Assembly (NCBI GenBank): GCA_946411985.1
Contig: CAMKFY010000001.1
Location: 1-45,677, forward strand
Length of the DNA stretch: 45,677 bases
Direction: 5' to 3'
DNA from: an uncultured Clostridiaceae bacterium
Lineage (GTDB): Bacteria > Bacillota > Clostridia > Oscillospirales > Ruminococcaceae
Shown: one piece after another, positions 1 through 11,770 of the stretch
How the letters are laid out: every line of letters begins with the position of its first letter
Position numbering within the stretch: position 1 is the stretch's first letter
Program-made: the position numbers and the translations under genes
The notes under the pieces: generated by a model
The model's database searches: none
Told to the model about the DNA's origin: nothing
Seen by the model: the letters and a program-made list of their open reading frames with translations, nothing else

Positions 1-321
1 ATCTGTTTTAATTCTCTTGGCTTAACAAGGTTAATATATAAGCTGCCAACAAATGTTTGTGAAGATTTTTTGAGCGAAGTTCTCGAAAGAGAAACAATAG
101 AAAAGCTAGATGAGGAACTAATTCGTACTATGAATTCGTTTTTTGAAAATAATCTTAACATTTCGGAAACTTCCAGAAAGCTTTTTATACATAGAAATAC
201 TCTTATTTATAGGCTAGATAAAATTAAAAGTTTAACCGGCCTAGACCTCAGAAATTTTGAAGAAGCCATAACATTTAAATTAGCCATAATGGTTCAAAAA
301 TATTTAGATTTTGCCAATTAA
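1..321 (+). CDS. PucR/CdaR-family transcriptional regulator, C-terminal fragment (5' end lies outside the window)
   Basis: Frame 1 is open from nt 1 with no stop. The C-terminus SETSRKLFIHRNTLIYRLDKIKSLTGLDLRNFEEAITFKLAI resembles the PucR-type C-terminal HTH. Confidence 0.6.
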   Translation: MCFNSLGLTRLIYKLPTNVCEDFLSEVLERETIEKLDEELIRTMNSFFENNLNISETSRKLFIHRNTLIYRLDKIKSLTGLDLRNFEEAITFKLAIMVQKYLDFAN

Positions 322-371
322 AAGTAGTAATCCTGTTGGGTAAATTTTATAAGGAGAAAGTCATAACGTAT

Positions 372-1106
372 ATGGAAGATTATATGATATATATGGAGGA
401 TGTTTGTTTTGGTTACGACCCCTACAACGACGTTTTAAGAGATATAAACTTAAAGGTTAAGAAAGGTGAGTTTTTTTTCATAATTGGACGGTCTGGCTCT
501 GGCAAAAGTTCATTTTTTAAACTTTTGTCTCTCGAATATAGGCCTTCTTCGGGAAAATTAATAGTAAACGGACAGAATCTTGTTAGTTTGAGCAGAAAAA
601 AGGTGCCCTACTACAGGCGCAGTGTGGGCATGGTGTTTCAAGATTTTAGATTAATAAACAAGATGACTGTTTTTGACAACGTAGCTTTTGTTTTGAGAGT
701 TACAAACTATTCTAGTAGATATATAAAAAAACGTGTTCCAGATATATTAGATATGGTAAATCTTTCCGGCAAAGCAAACAAATACCCAACAGAGCTTTCT
801 GGAGGAGAACAACAACGAATTGCGATAGCAAGAGCGTTGGCAAGTAACCCACCTATTTTAATAGCAGACGAGCCTACAGGCAACATAGACCCTGTTATGT
901 CTTACCAGATAGTAAAATTATTAGTAGATTTGAATAAATATTTGGGGGTTACTGTAATTGTTATAACACACGAACATAACTTAGTTAAAGATTTTGGCAA
1001 GCGCGTTGTGCGCATAGAAGACAAAACCATAAAATTTGATGGAGTTATAAAACCTCAAAATGAAGCTGTTAAATTGCAAAATGAAATTAAAGAGGTAAAA
1101 GTATGA
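372..1106 (+). CDS. ftsE: Cell-division ABC ATPase FtsE
   Basis: Walker A GRSGSGKS, ABC signature LSGGEQQR, Walker B ILIADEPTGNID. ATGA overlap with the next gene. Start is uncertain (TTG 336; ATG 372/384/393; AAGGAG at 351-356). Confidence 0.9.
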   Translation: MEDYMIYMEDVCFGYDPYNDVLRDINLKVKKGEFFFIIGRSGSGKSSFFKLLSLEYRPSSGKLIVNGQNLVSLSRKKVPYYRRSVGMVFQDFRLINKMTVFDNVAFVLRVTNYSSRYIKKRVPDILDMVNLSGKANKYPTELSGGEQQRIAIARALASNPPILIADEPTGNIDPVMSYQIVKLLVDLNKYLGVTVIVITHEHNLVKDFGKRVVRIEDKTIKFDGVIKPQNEAVKLQNEIKEVKV

Positions 1107-2038
1107 ATTTTAATAGTGTTAAATATCTGTTTTCAGAAGGCTTAAAAAACCTGCTAAACAATATATTCATGACACTAGCTTCAATAGGAGTGTTAACTGC
1201 GTGCCTTCTAATAGTAGGGTTTTCTGTTCTTTTAAAAGAAAATATAAAAAATATAATATCTTTTATGGGGCAGCAAGGAGCCATAGAGGTATTTTTAAAA
1301 GATGAAGCCACAAAAGAACAGATAGATGAACTATCTAACGCATTTAGGAACAACAGCAACGTTGAGTCTGTGAGTTTCACGTCTAAAGAACAGGCACTTT
1401 TAAACTACTCCGAAAGAATAAACAGAAATTCGGTTACAAAAGAATTTAAAAATTCTGTATCTGAATTGCTTAAGAAGAATAATATACTTCCCCCTTCTAT
1501 TTCTGTGCACGTAAAAAAAATAGAAAACATGGACGAAGTTCTACAGATAACAACAGACCAAAAATATAAAGATATTATATATAAAACTAATGTGCCCAAA
1601 GATTTCACAAATACTATTACAGAATTTAGTAACACAGCTGGAATTTTTAGCACTGTTTTAATAATAGCGTTAATAGCTGCTTCTTTGGTTATAATTTCAA
1701 ACACCATTAGGGCTACTGTGTTTACACGCAGAAGAGAAATAGCAATAATGAAACAGGTTGGGGCAACAGATAGCTTTGTGCGATTTCCTTTTTTTGTGGA
1801 AGGCGCTTCAATTGGGTTGATATCGGCTATTATTGCTTTTTGCCTAACTGGGCTTTTATATAAAACAATAGTTTTAATGCTAACAAAAACAAAATCTGGC
1901 TTTATAAATTCTATGTTTTCCACGCTAATTGGGTTTAGAGTTGTGAGCGTTAATATGGCTATTGGTTTTATATTAGGCGGCGTTGTAGCAGGCTCTATTG
2001 GCAGCTTAATAAGCCTTAGGAGATATTTAAAAATTTAA
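1103..2038 (+). CDS. ftsX: Cell-division permease-like protein FtsX
   Basis: TM1 is followed by a large extracytoplasmic loop and then three C-terminal TM segments (REIAIMKQVGATDSFVRFPFFVEG). Translationally coupled to ftsE. Confidence 0.85.
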   Translation: MNFNSVKYLFSEGLKNLLNNIFMTLASIGVLTACLLIVGFSVLLKENIKNIISFMGQQGAIEVFLKDEATKEQIDELSNAFRNNSNVESVSFTSKEQALLNYSERINRNSVTKEFKNSVSELLKKNNILPPSISVHVKKIENMDEVLQITTDQKYKDIIYKTNVPKDFTNTITEFSNTAGIFSTVLIIALIAASLVIISNTIRATVFTRRREIAIMKQVGATDSFVRFPFFVEGASIGLISAIIAFCLTGLLYKTIVLMLTKTKSGFINSMFSTLIGFRVVSVNMAIGFILGGVVAGSIGSLISLRRYLKI

Positions 2039-2070
2039 ACATGATAATAAATAATACTGGAGGAGATTGC

Positions 2071-3474
2071 ATGAAAATAAATCTGAAAAAGTATATCGGT
2101 ATTTTTGTATCTTGTTCGCAGCTTATGCATGTGGCGATGCCTTTAAAAGTATATGCTAAAACGGTTAAAATAGCAGAAGAAGAACAGCGTGAAAAACAGA
2201 AAATAAATTCAAAAATAAGCTCTTTAAACGCAGAAAGCAAAGCACAAAATGAAAATCAAAAACAATTAAAAAAACAAATTTTGGATACTGAATCTAGAAT
2301 AAATAATTTAGAAAAAGAACGCGAGAAACTAAAAGAACAAAACAAACAATACGACGGAACAATAGATAAATCTGTATTTGAAATGGAAAACATTAAAAAA
2401 ACTATATACGCAATAAATAATAACGTAGAAAATTTAGAAAATGATAGCAAAAACTTGGAAGAAAATGTGAAATATATTGTACTGGAGAACTATACAGATA
2501 ATTCTAATAATTTTAACAACAATATGAATTTGCTTATGAACGCAGATAATATAAACGACTTTACCAAAAATGTGGAATATACTAAAAAGTGCACAGATTA
2601 TAGTAATAACGTTATTACTTCTTATTCCGATAATATTAAAAATTTAGAAACTCAAAAAAATTTAAAGATACAGCACTTTAATGAACTATCTAGAAAAGTT
2701 CAAGATATAGATAACAAAATAATTGAGTCTAACAAAACAATATCTAGAATATCTAGTTTGAATGAAGAGTTAAGCAAAAACGTGGAAAATTTGAACAAAA
2801 TGTTAAACGAAACCGAGTTGAGGTCGAAATTTATTGAAGAAAGCAAAAAGAAATGCGAAGCAATGCAAAAAAAAATAGAAGAAGAAAATAAAAAAGAAGA
2901 CCCAACATCAGCTATAATGCAAATTATTAATAATAAAGAGCAAGCTGCTTCTAAAACTAAACAAGAAAAAAACAATAACAGTAAAGAAGAAAAAATAAAA
3001 GATAAAAAGGGCAAACAAAAAGAAGGAAAATTAAACAAAAAAGAAAATGAAAAAAATGAAAACCAGAATGGAAAACAAAGTTTTGTTTGTCCGTTAAAGG
3101 GCAAATATAAATTTGAAAGAGGTTTTGTTCCAGGCGGCCATAAAGGGGCGGATTTGTCTACTTTCAATGAAAAAATATCTATTTACTCCGCAAAAGACGG
3201 AAAAGTTATACATATAGGAAATAACAAAACAAAAGGATTTAGAGGCTATGGCAACCATATTCTTATAGAACACTACGATAAAGACGGTAAACCACTTTTT
3301 ACAACATTGTATGCGCATTGTGATACCACCTTAGTTACGGTTGGCCAGAAAGTAACCGTAAACACTCAGATCGCAAAGGTTGGCAAAACTGGTGATGCTC
3401 AGGGAATACACCTGCATTTTGAAATTAGGTTTAAAGGCAAGCCAATAAACCCAGCTAAATATATTAAATTCTAA
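2071..3474 (+). CDS. Secreted coiled-coil M23 (LytM-type) peptidoglycan metallopeptidase, EnvC/PcsB-like FtsEX partner
   Basis: GGAGGAG RBS lies 5-6 nt before ATG 2071. Signal-like N-terminus, about 300 aa of heptad-like K/E/N-rich sequence, and a C-terminal M23 domain with HxxxD (HKGAD) and HxH (HLHFE). Confidence 0.85.
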   Translation: MKINLKKYIGIFVSCSQLMHVAMPLKVYAKTVKIAEEEQREKQKINSKISSLNAESKAQNENQKQLKKQILDTESRINNLEKEREKLKEQNKQYDGTIDKSVFEMENIKKTIYAINNNVENLENDSKNLEENVKYIVLENYTDNSNNFNNNMNLLMNADNINDFTKNVEYTKKCTDYSNNVITSYSDNIKNLETQKNLKIQHFNELSRKVQDIDNKIIESNKTISRISSLNEELSKNVENLNKMLNETELRSKFIEESKKKCEAMQKKIEEENKKEDPTSAIMQIINNKEQAASKTKQEKNNNSKEEKIKDKKGKQKEGKLNKKENEKNENQNGKQSFVCPLKGKYKFERGFVPGGHKGADLSTFNEKISIYSAKDGKVIHIGNNKTKGFRGYGNHILIEHYDKDGKPLFTTLYAHCDTTLVTVGQKVTVNTQIAKVGKTGDAQGIHLHFEIRFKGKPINPAKYIKF

Positions 3475-3499
3475 GCTTTAAATATTTAAATATAATAAA

Positions 3500-3546
3500 A
3501 ACTTTAATAAGAGTTGCGTATTTCTTATTAAAGTTCTATTTTTTTA
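3500..3546. terminator. Bidirectional intrinsic terminator between the convergent M23 peptidase gene and nnr
   Basis: Perfect 13-bp stem AACTTTAATAAGA (3500-3512) / TCTTATTAAAGTT (3523-3535) with a 10-nt loop. T-run 3539-3545 on the + strand and an A-run upstream that serves the - strand. Confidence 0.7.
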
Positions 3547-3559
3547 TATAAAGCAAAAA

Positions 3560-5053
3560 TTATAACACTTTATTAAAATTGGCTATTAACTTTGTGGCGT
3601 TTACTGTGTTATTTGTTTCTAATTTTTCCGCAACCAAAAACTCCGATACCTTACCGTGCATGTATACCGCATTTAATATTGCATGCTCTATATTCTTATG
3701 CTTAGCTATAAAAGCTGCTATAATGCCAGTTAACACGTCACCAGTGCCACCTTTAGAAAGCCCAGAATTGCCACTAGTGTTTACAATCTGTGTGCCAGAT
3801 GGGGTAGATATTACTGTGTTTGGCCCTTTTAAAACTATATATGCGCCCCAATCTACAGCCTTAATTTTAGATATAGAAAACCTGTTATTTTCTATATATT
3901 CAACACTGCAATTGCAAAGCCGAGCCATTTCCGCAGCATGCGGTGTAAGCACTGTAGGAAATTTCCTGTTTTTTATAGCATTTAAAAGCTCAGCGTCTAG
4001 AAAATATAAAGCATCTGCATCAAGCACAATAGGCACATTTAAACTAATAGCCTTTTTAACAACAGCTCTAGTAACATCTTTCCTGCCAAGCCCCGGCCCG
4101 CACGCTAAAACGTCTATATTTTTACACATATTAAAATCTGTTAAAACTCCAAACTCCTCACAACAATCTATATATGTGGCCTCAAACACATTATTTATAA
4201 CGTGAGCGCGCACAAATTCTGGCGTTGCAACGAAAACAAGGCCAGCGCCAGCTTCAAAACAAGATTTGGTAGCTAATATTAAAGCGCCAACCATATTTTT
4301 ACTGCCGCCCACAATTAATATTTTGCCTTCCATGCTTTTATTAGTGTTTAATTTGCGTTTTGGAAAGGTATTTTTAAAATTAGAATAACCCCATAACCGC
4401 TTCACGTTGCCTATTTCAGATTTGTTTAACACTATGCCAGCGTCAATTAAAAATATCTGCCCATAATTTAACCGTGCAGGATATAAAAATGCGCTATCTT
4501 TAAAAAACGAAACTGTTAGTGTATAATCTGCTTTAACAGCCACATTGCATGGTATATTACTATCACAATACACGCCACTTGGTATATCCAACGAAAACAC
4601 TTTAGCGTTGGAGTTGTTTATTTTTAATATAACATCACTAAAATTAGCACACATATCTCCTCTAAAACCAATACCAAATATAGCATCTATTATAACGTCT
4701 ACATTAAAAAAACTAAAATCTATATTATCATAACTAAAAACACTATAACCGAGATTTTTATATATTTTAAAATTGTTATAAGCTGCGTTTTTATAGCCGT
4801 TAGCGTCCCCAACCACAACAACATTAACGTTAAAACCCAATTGCTTTAGCCGCCTAGCCACAACAAACCCATCGCCACCATTATTGCCAACCCCACAAAA
4901 CACTGTTACACTGCTGCTATTTGGCATTAGTTTTACTATTTCATCTGCCATCTTCTGCCCAGCGTTTTCCATAAGAATAGCTTCATCTATTCCAATAACT
5001 TCTGTGGTATACCTGTCACTGCTATACATCTGCTCTTTATTAACTATATACAT
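3560..5053 (-). CDS. nnr: Bifunctional NAD(P)H-hydrate repair enzyme (YjeF_N epimerase + ADP-dependent dehydratase)
   Basis: 497 aa. N-terminal VFCGVGNNGGDGFVVARRL (YjeF_N) and a C-terminal carbohydrate-kinase-like domain with GGTGDVLTGIIAAF. Confidence 0.9.
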   Translation of the reverse strand: MYIVNKEQMYSSDRYTTEVIGIDEAILMENAGQKMADEIVKLMPNSSSVTVFCGVGNNGGDGFVVARRLKQLGFNVNVVVVGDANGYKNAAYNNFKIYKNLGYSVFSYDNIDFSFFNVDVIIDAIFGIGFRGDMCANFSDVILKINNSNAKVFSLDIPSGVYCDSNIPCNVAVKADYTLTVSFFKDSAFLYPARLNYGQIFLIDAGIVLNKSEIGNVKRLWGYSNFKNTFPKRKLNTNKSMEGKILIVGGSKNMVGALILATKSCFEAGAGLVFVATPEFVRAHVINNVFEATYIDCCEEFGVLTDFNMCKNIDVLACGPGLGRKDVTRAVVKKAISLNVPIVLDADALYFLDAELLNAIKNRKFPTVLTPHAAEMARLCNCSVEYIENNRFSISKIKAVDWGAYIVLKGPNTVISTPSGTQIVNTSGNSGLSKGGTGDVLTGIIAAFIAKHKNIEHAILNAVYMHGKVSEFLVAEKLETNNTVNATKLIANFNKVL

Positions 5054-5134
5054 ATAACACCACCTATAAAAAATTAAAGCGCCTAACTAAACTAAAAGGC
5101 GCAATATATAAAGCATAAAACCATATCTACAACT

Positions 5135-6593
5135 CTAACCATCTACTTTTTTAGCAAGCTTATAGGCAATAAACGATGAAATAATAGAAATCTCATTCCT
5201 CACCCGCTTTTCTGCGAAATCACAAATACCTCTTTTAATATCACGTTGAAAACGCAAAATACTTCTCTCACATATAGAATAAAAAGCACTCCTCTCTTTA
5301 TCATTATGTAAACCATAAAGATAAACACTAAGACTAAAACACCTAAACATTAAATCACCAAAATCTAAGTTGAGCAAATCTTCAATTATTCCGCGCATTA
5401 ACAGAAATAATTTATAATCATCATTATACTTTTTCAAAGATAAAATGCAAAATAAAGAAAATATATTCCAACAAACTAATTGACTAGTATAAAAAATCTC
5501 ATCACTATCTTTTGCATTATCAATATAACGTTCTTTATCTTCATCAGAATTAAATTTAACTTTTTCTAAAAAATTGCGAAACATCCCCTCAATATTAAAT
5601 TCCATTTCTTTAAAAGGAACATCCATAGGCAATTTTCCTTCAACGAAATTTTTTATACATTTTTTTAATTCAACAGGTGCTTTGCGAACAAAATCCGAAT
5701 TCATTATACGGCAATAAGCACCTAATAAAACGCCTTTATCTATATTTTCTCTTAAATGTGAAATTAATTTATCAACATCATCAAAATATTCTTCATATTC
5801 TTCACCTTTACGTTCACGAAAAAATTTACGAATAGCTTCACAATTATCTTTCTCAAAAAATTGCGCGTCTGCGTCCCTATCCCTTATAAGAGCAAAACTT
5901 AAATTACTGCCAAAAAAGCAGGTTTATAACTTTTTAATAATGGCGGTATAAAAATAAAAGCACAAAGTTTACCAGAAACTTTATAAGAATCAATAAAAAA
6001 AGAATCTCCAACAACAGAAAATTCAGTTCCTGCATCACGTATCCTACGAATATGAAATTTTCGAAATTCTTTTATTTCACTTATTTTTCCTTTACCTAAA
6101 AGCATACCAATTTCCTTTTCCGAAAAGTTCCCACTAACATAACTAATAAAACATTTATTACGTAATCTGCCAACAACTTCATTTGCAAACTCATTAAAAT
6201 GCACATCGTTTTTAAAACCAACTGGTATGTAATATTTAATACCATCATCACCTGAACGCTCTTTAAAGCCACAACATATTAACCCGCCATCTGCGTTTAA
6301 CATAGCTACAATAGTTTTACATAAATCTTTATAATCTTTAACATTACCATTTTTTGCACTATCAGATATCTCCTTAAACTCCAAATAATATCCTTCACAA
6401 CAAGTGCTTTCAGATTTAATCTCTGATTCAGCAAGGTTTAATTTTTTAATAATCTCTCCTAAACATCTTGATTTTGCATCAAACTTATCATCATGCGCCA
6501 TCATTTCATTCATCATTTTATTCGATAACTTAAGATTAACGTCTGTTGGTGATCCTAATTTTTTAAAAAAGATTCTTCATTTTTTTCTGTCAT
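5135..6593 (-). pseudogene. Frameshifted gene: N-terminal AlbA_2/Schlafen-like putative DNA-binding domain plus an unrecognised helical C-terminal half
   Basis: ORF 5899-6516 contains YYLEFKE...LCKTIVAMLNADGGLICCGF, which is AlbA_2-like. The ORF of 5135-5704 stays open in frame upstream to 5923, giving 73 extra coding-like codons with no start codon. The two frames overlap only across the A6 run at 5912-5917 (T6 on the coding strand), and one extra base would fuse them. A 12-codon ORF (6555-6593) with a GGAGG at 6607-6611 would fuse to the 6516 frame with one extra base in the T6/A6 run at 6559-6570. Confidence 0.55.
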
Positions 6594-6693
6594 TATAAAT
6601 AAACGTCCTCCATTTAGTAATTTTAATAAATCTAGACGTCGTTGATATGTTAAGGGCGCCTTTTAAGAATAACTATTTTAATAATAGCAAAAA

Positions 6694-7839
6694 CTATTCA
6701 AACATACTTTTAAGCTTATCAAAAAAACCTCTTCTTGCCTTATAATTCTTTTCGCTCAATATCTTATCTAGTTCCACAACCTTTTCCTTTTGAGCAGCTG
6801 TTAAATTACGCGGCACCTCCACAGTTGTTGTTATTAGCATATCTCCTTTGCCATACGAATTTAACTTCTTAACACCTTTGCCTCTTAGCCTAAATGTTGT
6901 GCCTGGTTGCGTGCCTTCAGGTATATTATATTTCACCTTGCCTTCAATTGTGGGCACAACAACCTCAGCTCCGTTAACAGCTTGTGCGTAGGTTATTGGT
7001 ATTTCACACAGTATATTGTAGCCTTCCCTCCTAAATATTGGGTCGGGCCTTACGGTTACAGCAATATTTAAATCGCCACTATAACCGCCATTCTCCCCAA
7101 CATTTCCCTCACCAGACACCTTTAACGTTTGCCCATCATCTATGCCTGCAGGAATATTAATTCTTATTTTTTTAGATATAGCCTTTGTGCCACTGCCACC
7201 GCAGCTAGAACAAGGAGTAGATATTATTTTGCCTTTGCCCCTACAACGTGGGCAACCGCTTATAGAAGACATAAAACCTAAAGGAGTACGGTGACTAACC
7301 TTCACCTGGCCTGTGCCATTACAATTTGGGCATTTCTGAGGAGCAGAGCCAGACGCAGCGCCAGACCCACCACAAACATCACACCTGCCCATTTTCTTAA
7401 CATCTATTTCTTTGCTAACGCCAAGGCACGCCTCTAAAAAAGATATAGTAACCCCTATGTAGGCATCTTGACCTTTTGCTGGGCGATTAGCGGCAGCGCC
7501 CCTATTAAATCCAGAAAAGCCACCGCCAAACATACTGCCAAATATATCGCCAAGATCTATATCACCAAAACCACCAAAGCCACTTCCGCCAGAAGAAGAC
7601 GAATAGGAAGAATCCACCCCAGCATGGCCAAATCTGTCGTAGTTAGCACGCTTTTGTTTATCTGTTAACACTTCGTAAGCTTCGCTTATTTCTTTAAATT
7701 TAGTTTCGGCTTCCTTATCGTTGGGATGCAAATCTGGGTGGTATAACTTCGCCATTTTCCTATAAGCTTTTTTTATATCACTTTCAGAAGCGCCTCTTTC
7801 CACGCCCAGCACTTCATAATAATCTCGTTTTCCCGACAA
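6694..7839 (-). CDS. dnaJ: Molecular chaperone DnaJ
   Basis: J-domain HPD (YHPDLHP), a G/F-rich linker and four CxxCxGxG repeats ([32 protein letters not shown]). Confidence 0.95.
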   Translation of the reverse strand: MSGKRDYYEVLGVERGASESDIKKAYRKMAKLYHPDLHPNDKEAETKFKEISEAYEVLTDKQKRANYDRFGHAGVDSSYSSSSGGSGFGGFGDIDLGDIFGSMFGGGFSGFNRGAAANRPAKGQDAYIGVTISFLEACLGVSKEIDVKKMGRCDVCGGSGAASGSAPQKCPNCNGTGQVKVSHRTPLGFMSSISGCPRCRGKGKIISTPCSSCGGSGTKAISKKIRINIPAGIDDGQTLKVSGEGNVGENGGYSGDLNIAVTVRPDPIFRREGYNILCEIPITYAQAVNGAEVVVPTIEGKVKYNIPEGTQPGTTFRLRGKGVKKLNSYGKGDMLITTTVEVPRNLTAAQKEKVVELDKILSEKNYKARRGFFDKLKSMFE

Positions 7840-7883
7840 AATATAACTCCTCCAAATATTTTAAAATAACCAAAATTTAAATA

Positions 7884-9746
<1,863 letters not shown>

Positions 9747-9823
9747 TCAACTTTAATTTTTTAAATGTTTTAAAAATATATTAAAATTTGCTAAAATTTC
9801 TATGTTTAAACGAATTCAAAACC

Positions 9824-10435
9824 CTAAGGGTTTGCCACCACAACAAGAGCATGACGCACAACAGTGCCATTTAACATAAAGCCTTTTTTGAAAACTTCAC
9901 ATACAATATTCTTTTCATATTTATCATCTTCCACCACCTTAATAGCTTCGTGGTAGCTTGGATTGAAAACAGCGCCCAAACTTTGCATTTCCTCCACGCC
10001 AAAACTTTTTAAAACATTATAAAACTTGCTTATAACCAAATCTATGCCTTCACTAAATTTATTTTTTTCCTCCACCAAACTAATAGCACGCTCCAAAATA
10101 TCTAAAACCTCTAAAAAAGAATTAATAGTGTCTATTTTAGCTGCGTTATATGTGCTTTGCTTTTCTGCTTGGGTTCTTCTTTTAAAATTTGAAAACTCAG
10201 CTGTTAACCTTAAATGTAAATCTTTAAGCCTACTAACCTCGGCTTCTAAATCTTTTATTTTTAGCTCATAACCCTCCCTCTCACAAGAACAACCATCGCA
10301 TTCTTTATCAACCTCGCAATTAGAATTAACCTCGCCATTTAAATCGTCCTCCACACATTCAGAATTATTCAAATTTTCGTCTTCTAATAAATCAGACTCA
10401 TTATCATTTTTTGGATGATTCAACACATCCACCAC
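9824..10435 (-). CDS. grpE: Nucleotide exchange factor GrpE
   Basis: Acidic N-terminus, a coiled coil, and a C-terminal beta domain (HEAIKVVEDD...GFMLNGTVVRHALVVVA). Sits between hrcA and dnaK. The exact start (GTG/TTG cluster after GGAGG) is uncertain. Confidence 0.9.
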   Translation of the reverse strand: MVDVLNHPKNDNESDLLEDENLNNSECVEDDLNGEVNSNCEVDKECDGCSCEREGYELKIKDLEAEVSRLKDLHLRLTAEFSNFKRRTQAEKQSTYNAAKIDTINSFLEVLDILERAISLVEEKNKFSEGIDLVISKFYNVLKSFGVEEMQSLGAVFNPSYHEAIKVVEDDKYEKNIVCEVFKKGFMLNGTVVRHALVVVANP

Positions 10436-11459
10436 CTCCTTCTATTTCATTACTAAATTTTTCAATTAAAGAAGTCATACTCTTTGAAAAATAAGACACA
10501 TATGGCAAAATCTTTTTATAGTTAAGGCGTATAGGGCCTATAACTCCAAATGAGCCCAATGCCTCTTTAGAACCATATTTAGCCATTATTAAACTAGAAT
10601 TCCCTACCACAAAACTATCATCTTCTTTCCCAAACAATATATTAACACCAGAAAAAGCGGTAGACAAAATACCTTCTATTTTGCTCTTTGCAGACATAAA
10701 CTCCATTAACTCATTGGCTTTTAAACCTTCATATTTTAATAAATTCTCCTCACCTTTAAAATTCACCTGCCTTTTCAAAATTTCACTAGAAATATCACAC
10801 AACGCATTTAAAAAAGGAGATAAACTATAAATATAACTACCAAGGCTCACAACTAAATTATCTATAAACACATTATCTAAAATTTCCACAGTGTTGCCTA
10901 CTAAACTCTCATTTATCACCTTTTTAAAAAAATGCAACTGGCTATCTGTTATATCAAAATTGAGCCTACAAATTTTATTTTTAATTTCCCCAGAAGAAGC
11001 CACCACCAAAACAGCATAAACTCTTCTGCCAGCAGGTATCACCTCCACCTTTGAAATAACAAAAAACTTCCTAACACTACTTATAGAAACAACCGCCAAA
11101 TCTGTGAAGTGCGCCAAAGCCAAAGCACCATTTTCAACTATATCGGTTACACATGTTAAATTTCTTGATAACATATTATCTATTTTTGTTTTCTCTCTAT
11201 CCGTTAAACAAAAAGGCTTCATTAAACTGTCCACATACATTCTAAAACCTTTATATGTTGGCACTCTGCCAGCCGATGTGTGCGGCTGAACTAAATAACC
11301 TAACTTCTCAAGCTTTGTCATGTCATTTCTTATTGTGGCAGAAGATACACTATTTTCTAACTTTTCACAAACAGCTAAGCTACTAACAGGCTCACCAGTA
11401 TCTATAAAAATATCTACCACAAACTCTAATACCTTAAGCTGCCTTTCATCGCTTTTCAT
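10404..11459 (-). CDS. hrcA: Heat-inducible transcription repressor HrcA
   Basis: N-terminal winged-HTH (ERQLKVLEFVVDIFIDTGEPVSS...SSATIRNDMTKLEKLGYL), first gene of the hrcA-grpE-dnaK-dnaJ operon, CIRCE elements upstream. ATG 11459 with an AGGAAA RBS is preferred over the TTG at 11489. Confidence 0.9.
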   Translation of the reverse strand: MKSDERQLKVLEFVVDIFIDTGEPVSSLAVCEKLENSVSSATIRNDMTKLEKLGYLVQPHTSAGRVPTYKGFRMYVDSLMKPFCLTDREKTKIDNMLSRNLTCVTDIVENGALALAHFTDLAVVSISSVRKFFVISKVEVIPAGRRVYAVLVVASSGEIKNKICRLNFDITDSQLHFFKKVINESLVGNTVEILDNVFIDNLVVSLGSYIYSLSPFLNALCDISSEILKRQVNFKGEENLLKYEGLKANELMEFMSAKSKIEGILSTAFSGVNILFGKEDDSFVVGNSSLIMAKYGSKEALGSFGVIGPIRLNYKKILPYVSYFSKSMTSLIEKFSNEIEGGGGCVESSKK

Positions 11460-11595
11460 AATACAATGTTTCCTAACCCACCAATACAAAAAAACTTAAA
11501 TCTTTATATTCCTAAATTAAAAACTTTTCACGAATAATTATATAAATAACACTTCTACTTCCTTGTTTGTGGCCATTATAAATTTTGAATTTATA

Positions 11596-11622
11596 TTAGC
11601 ACTCAAGCTAATTAAGTGCTAA
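11596..11622. promoter_or_regulatory. CIRCE operator 1 (HrcA binding site), proximal
   Basis: TTAGCACTC-N9-AAGTGCTAA, one mismatch to the consensus TTAGCACTC-N9-GAGTGCTAA. Lies immediately downstream of promoter P1. Confidence 0.85.
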
Positions 11623-11626
11623 TAAT

Positions 11627-11655
11627 ATATTAGCAACTCCAAGCTATATTGTCAA
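11627..11655 (-). promoter_or_regulatory. SigA-type promoter P1 of the hrcA operon
   Basis: On the minus strand: TTGACA (11655-11650), 17-nt spacer, TAATAT (11632-11627). Confidence 0.7.
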
Positions 11656-11739
11656 GATAATTTTTTATAAATTTATACTTTATTTTAATAAAAATTAAAA
11701 ATACATTACATAATAAAATACAAAACAAATATAAAAAAA

Positions 11740-11766
11740 TTAGCACTCAATGTAAATAAATGCTAA
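11740..11766. promoter_or_regulatory. CIRCE operator 2, distal
   Basis: TTAGCACTC-N9-AAATGCTAA, two mismatches to consensus. Lies immediately downstream of promoter P2. Confidence 0.7.
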
Positions 11767-11770
11767 TTTT

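Noticed and set aside
1405-1923. 172-aa ORF on the minus strand
   Set aside because: It lies entirely antisense to the well-supported ftsX, has hydrophobic, low-information composition typical of shadow ORFs in AT-rich DNA, and has no RBS.
2700-3167. 155-aa minus-strand ORF rich in F/S/L
   Set aside because: It is the antisense shadow of the K/E/N-rich coiled-coil region of the M23 peptidase gene. Its low complexity is a mirror of the sense strand.
3579-4205. 208-aa plus-strand ORF
   Set aside because: It is antisense to nnr, whose product has clear YjeF motifs. It shows no independent signals.
5079-5102. Possible terminator GCGCC-N14-GGCGC downstream of the frameshifted gene
   Set aside because: It has a 5-bp stem with a 14-nt loop. 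This is too weak to call despite a T-rich tail on the minus strand.
9819-9833. Hairpin AAACCC-TAA-GGGTTT overlapping the grpE stop
   Set aside because: It is only a 6-bp stem with no U-tract on the transcribed strand, so it is not convincing as a terminator or attenuator between grpE and dnaK.
11460-11489. 10-codon N-terminal extension of hrcA from a TTG start (MYWWVRKHCI)
   Set aside because: The internal ATG at 11459 has an AGGAAA RBS at suitable spacing and gives a typical HrcA N-terminus. The extension is likely an ORF-caller artefact.
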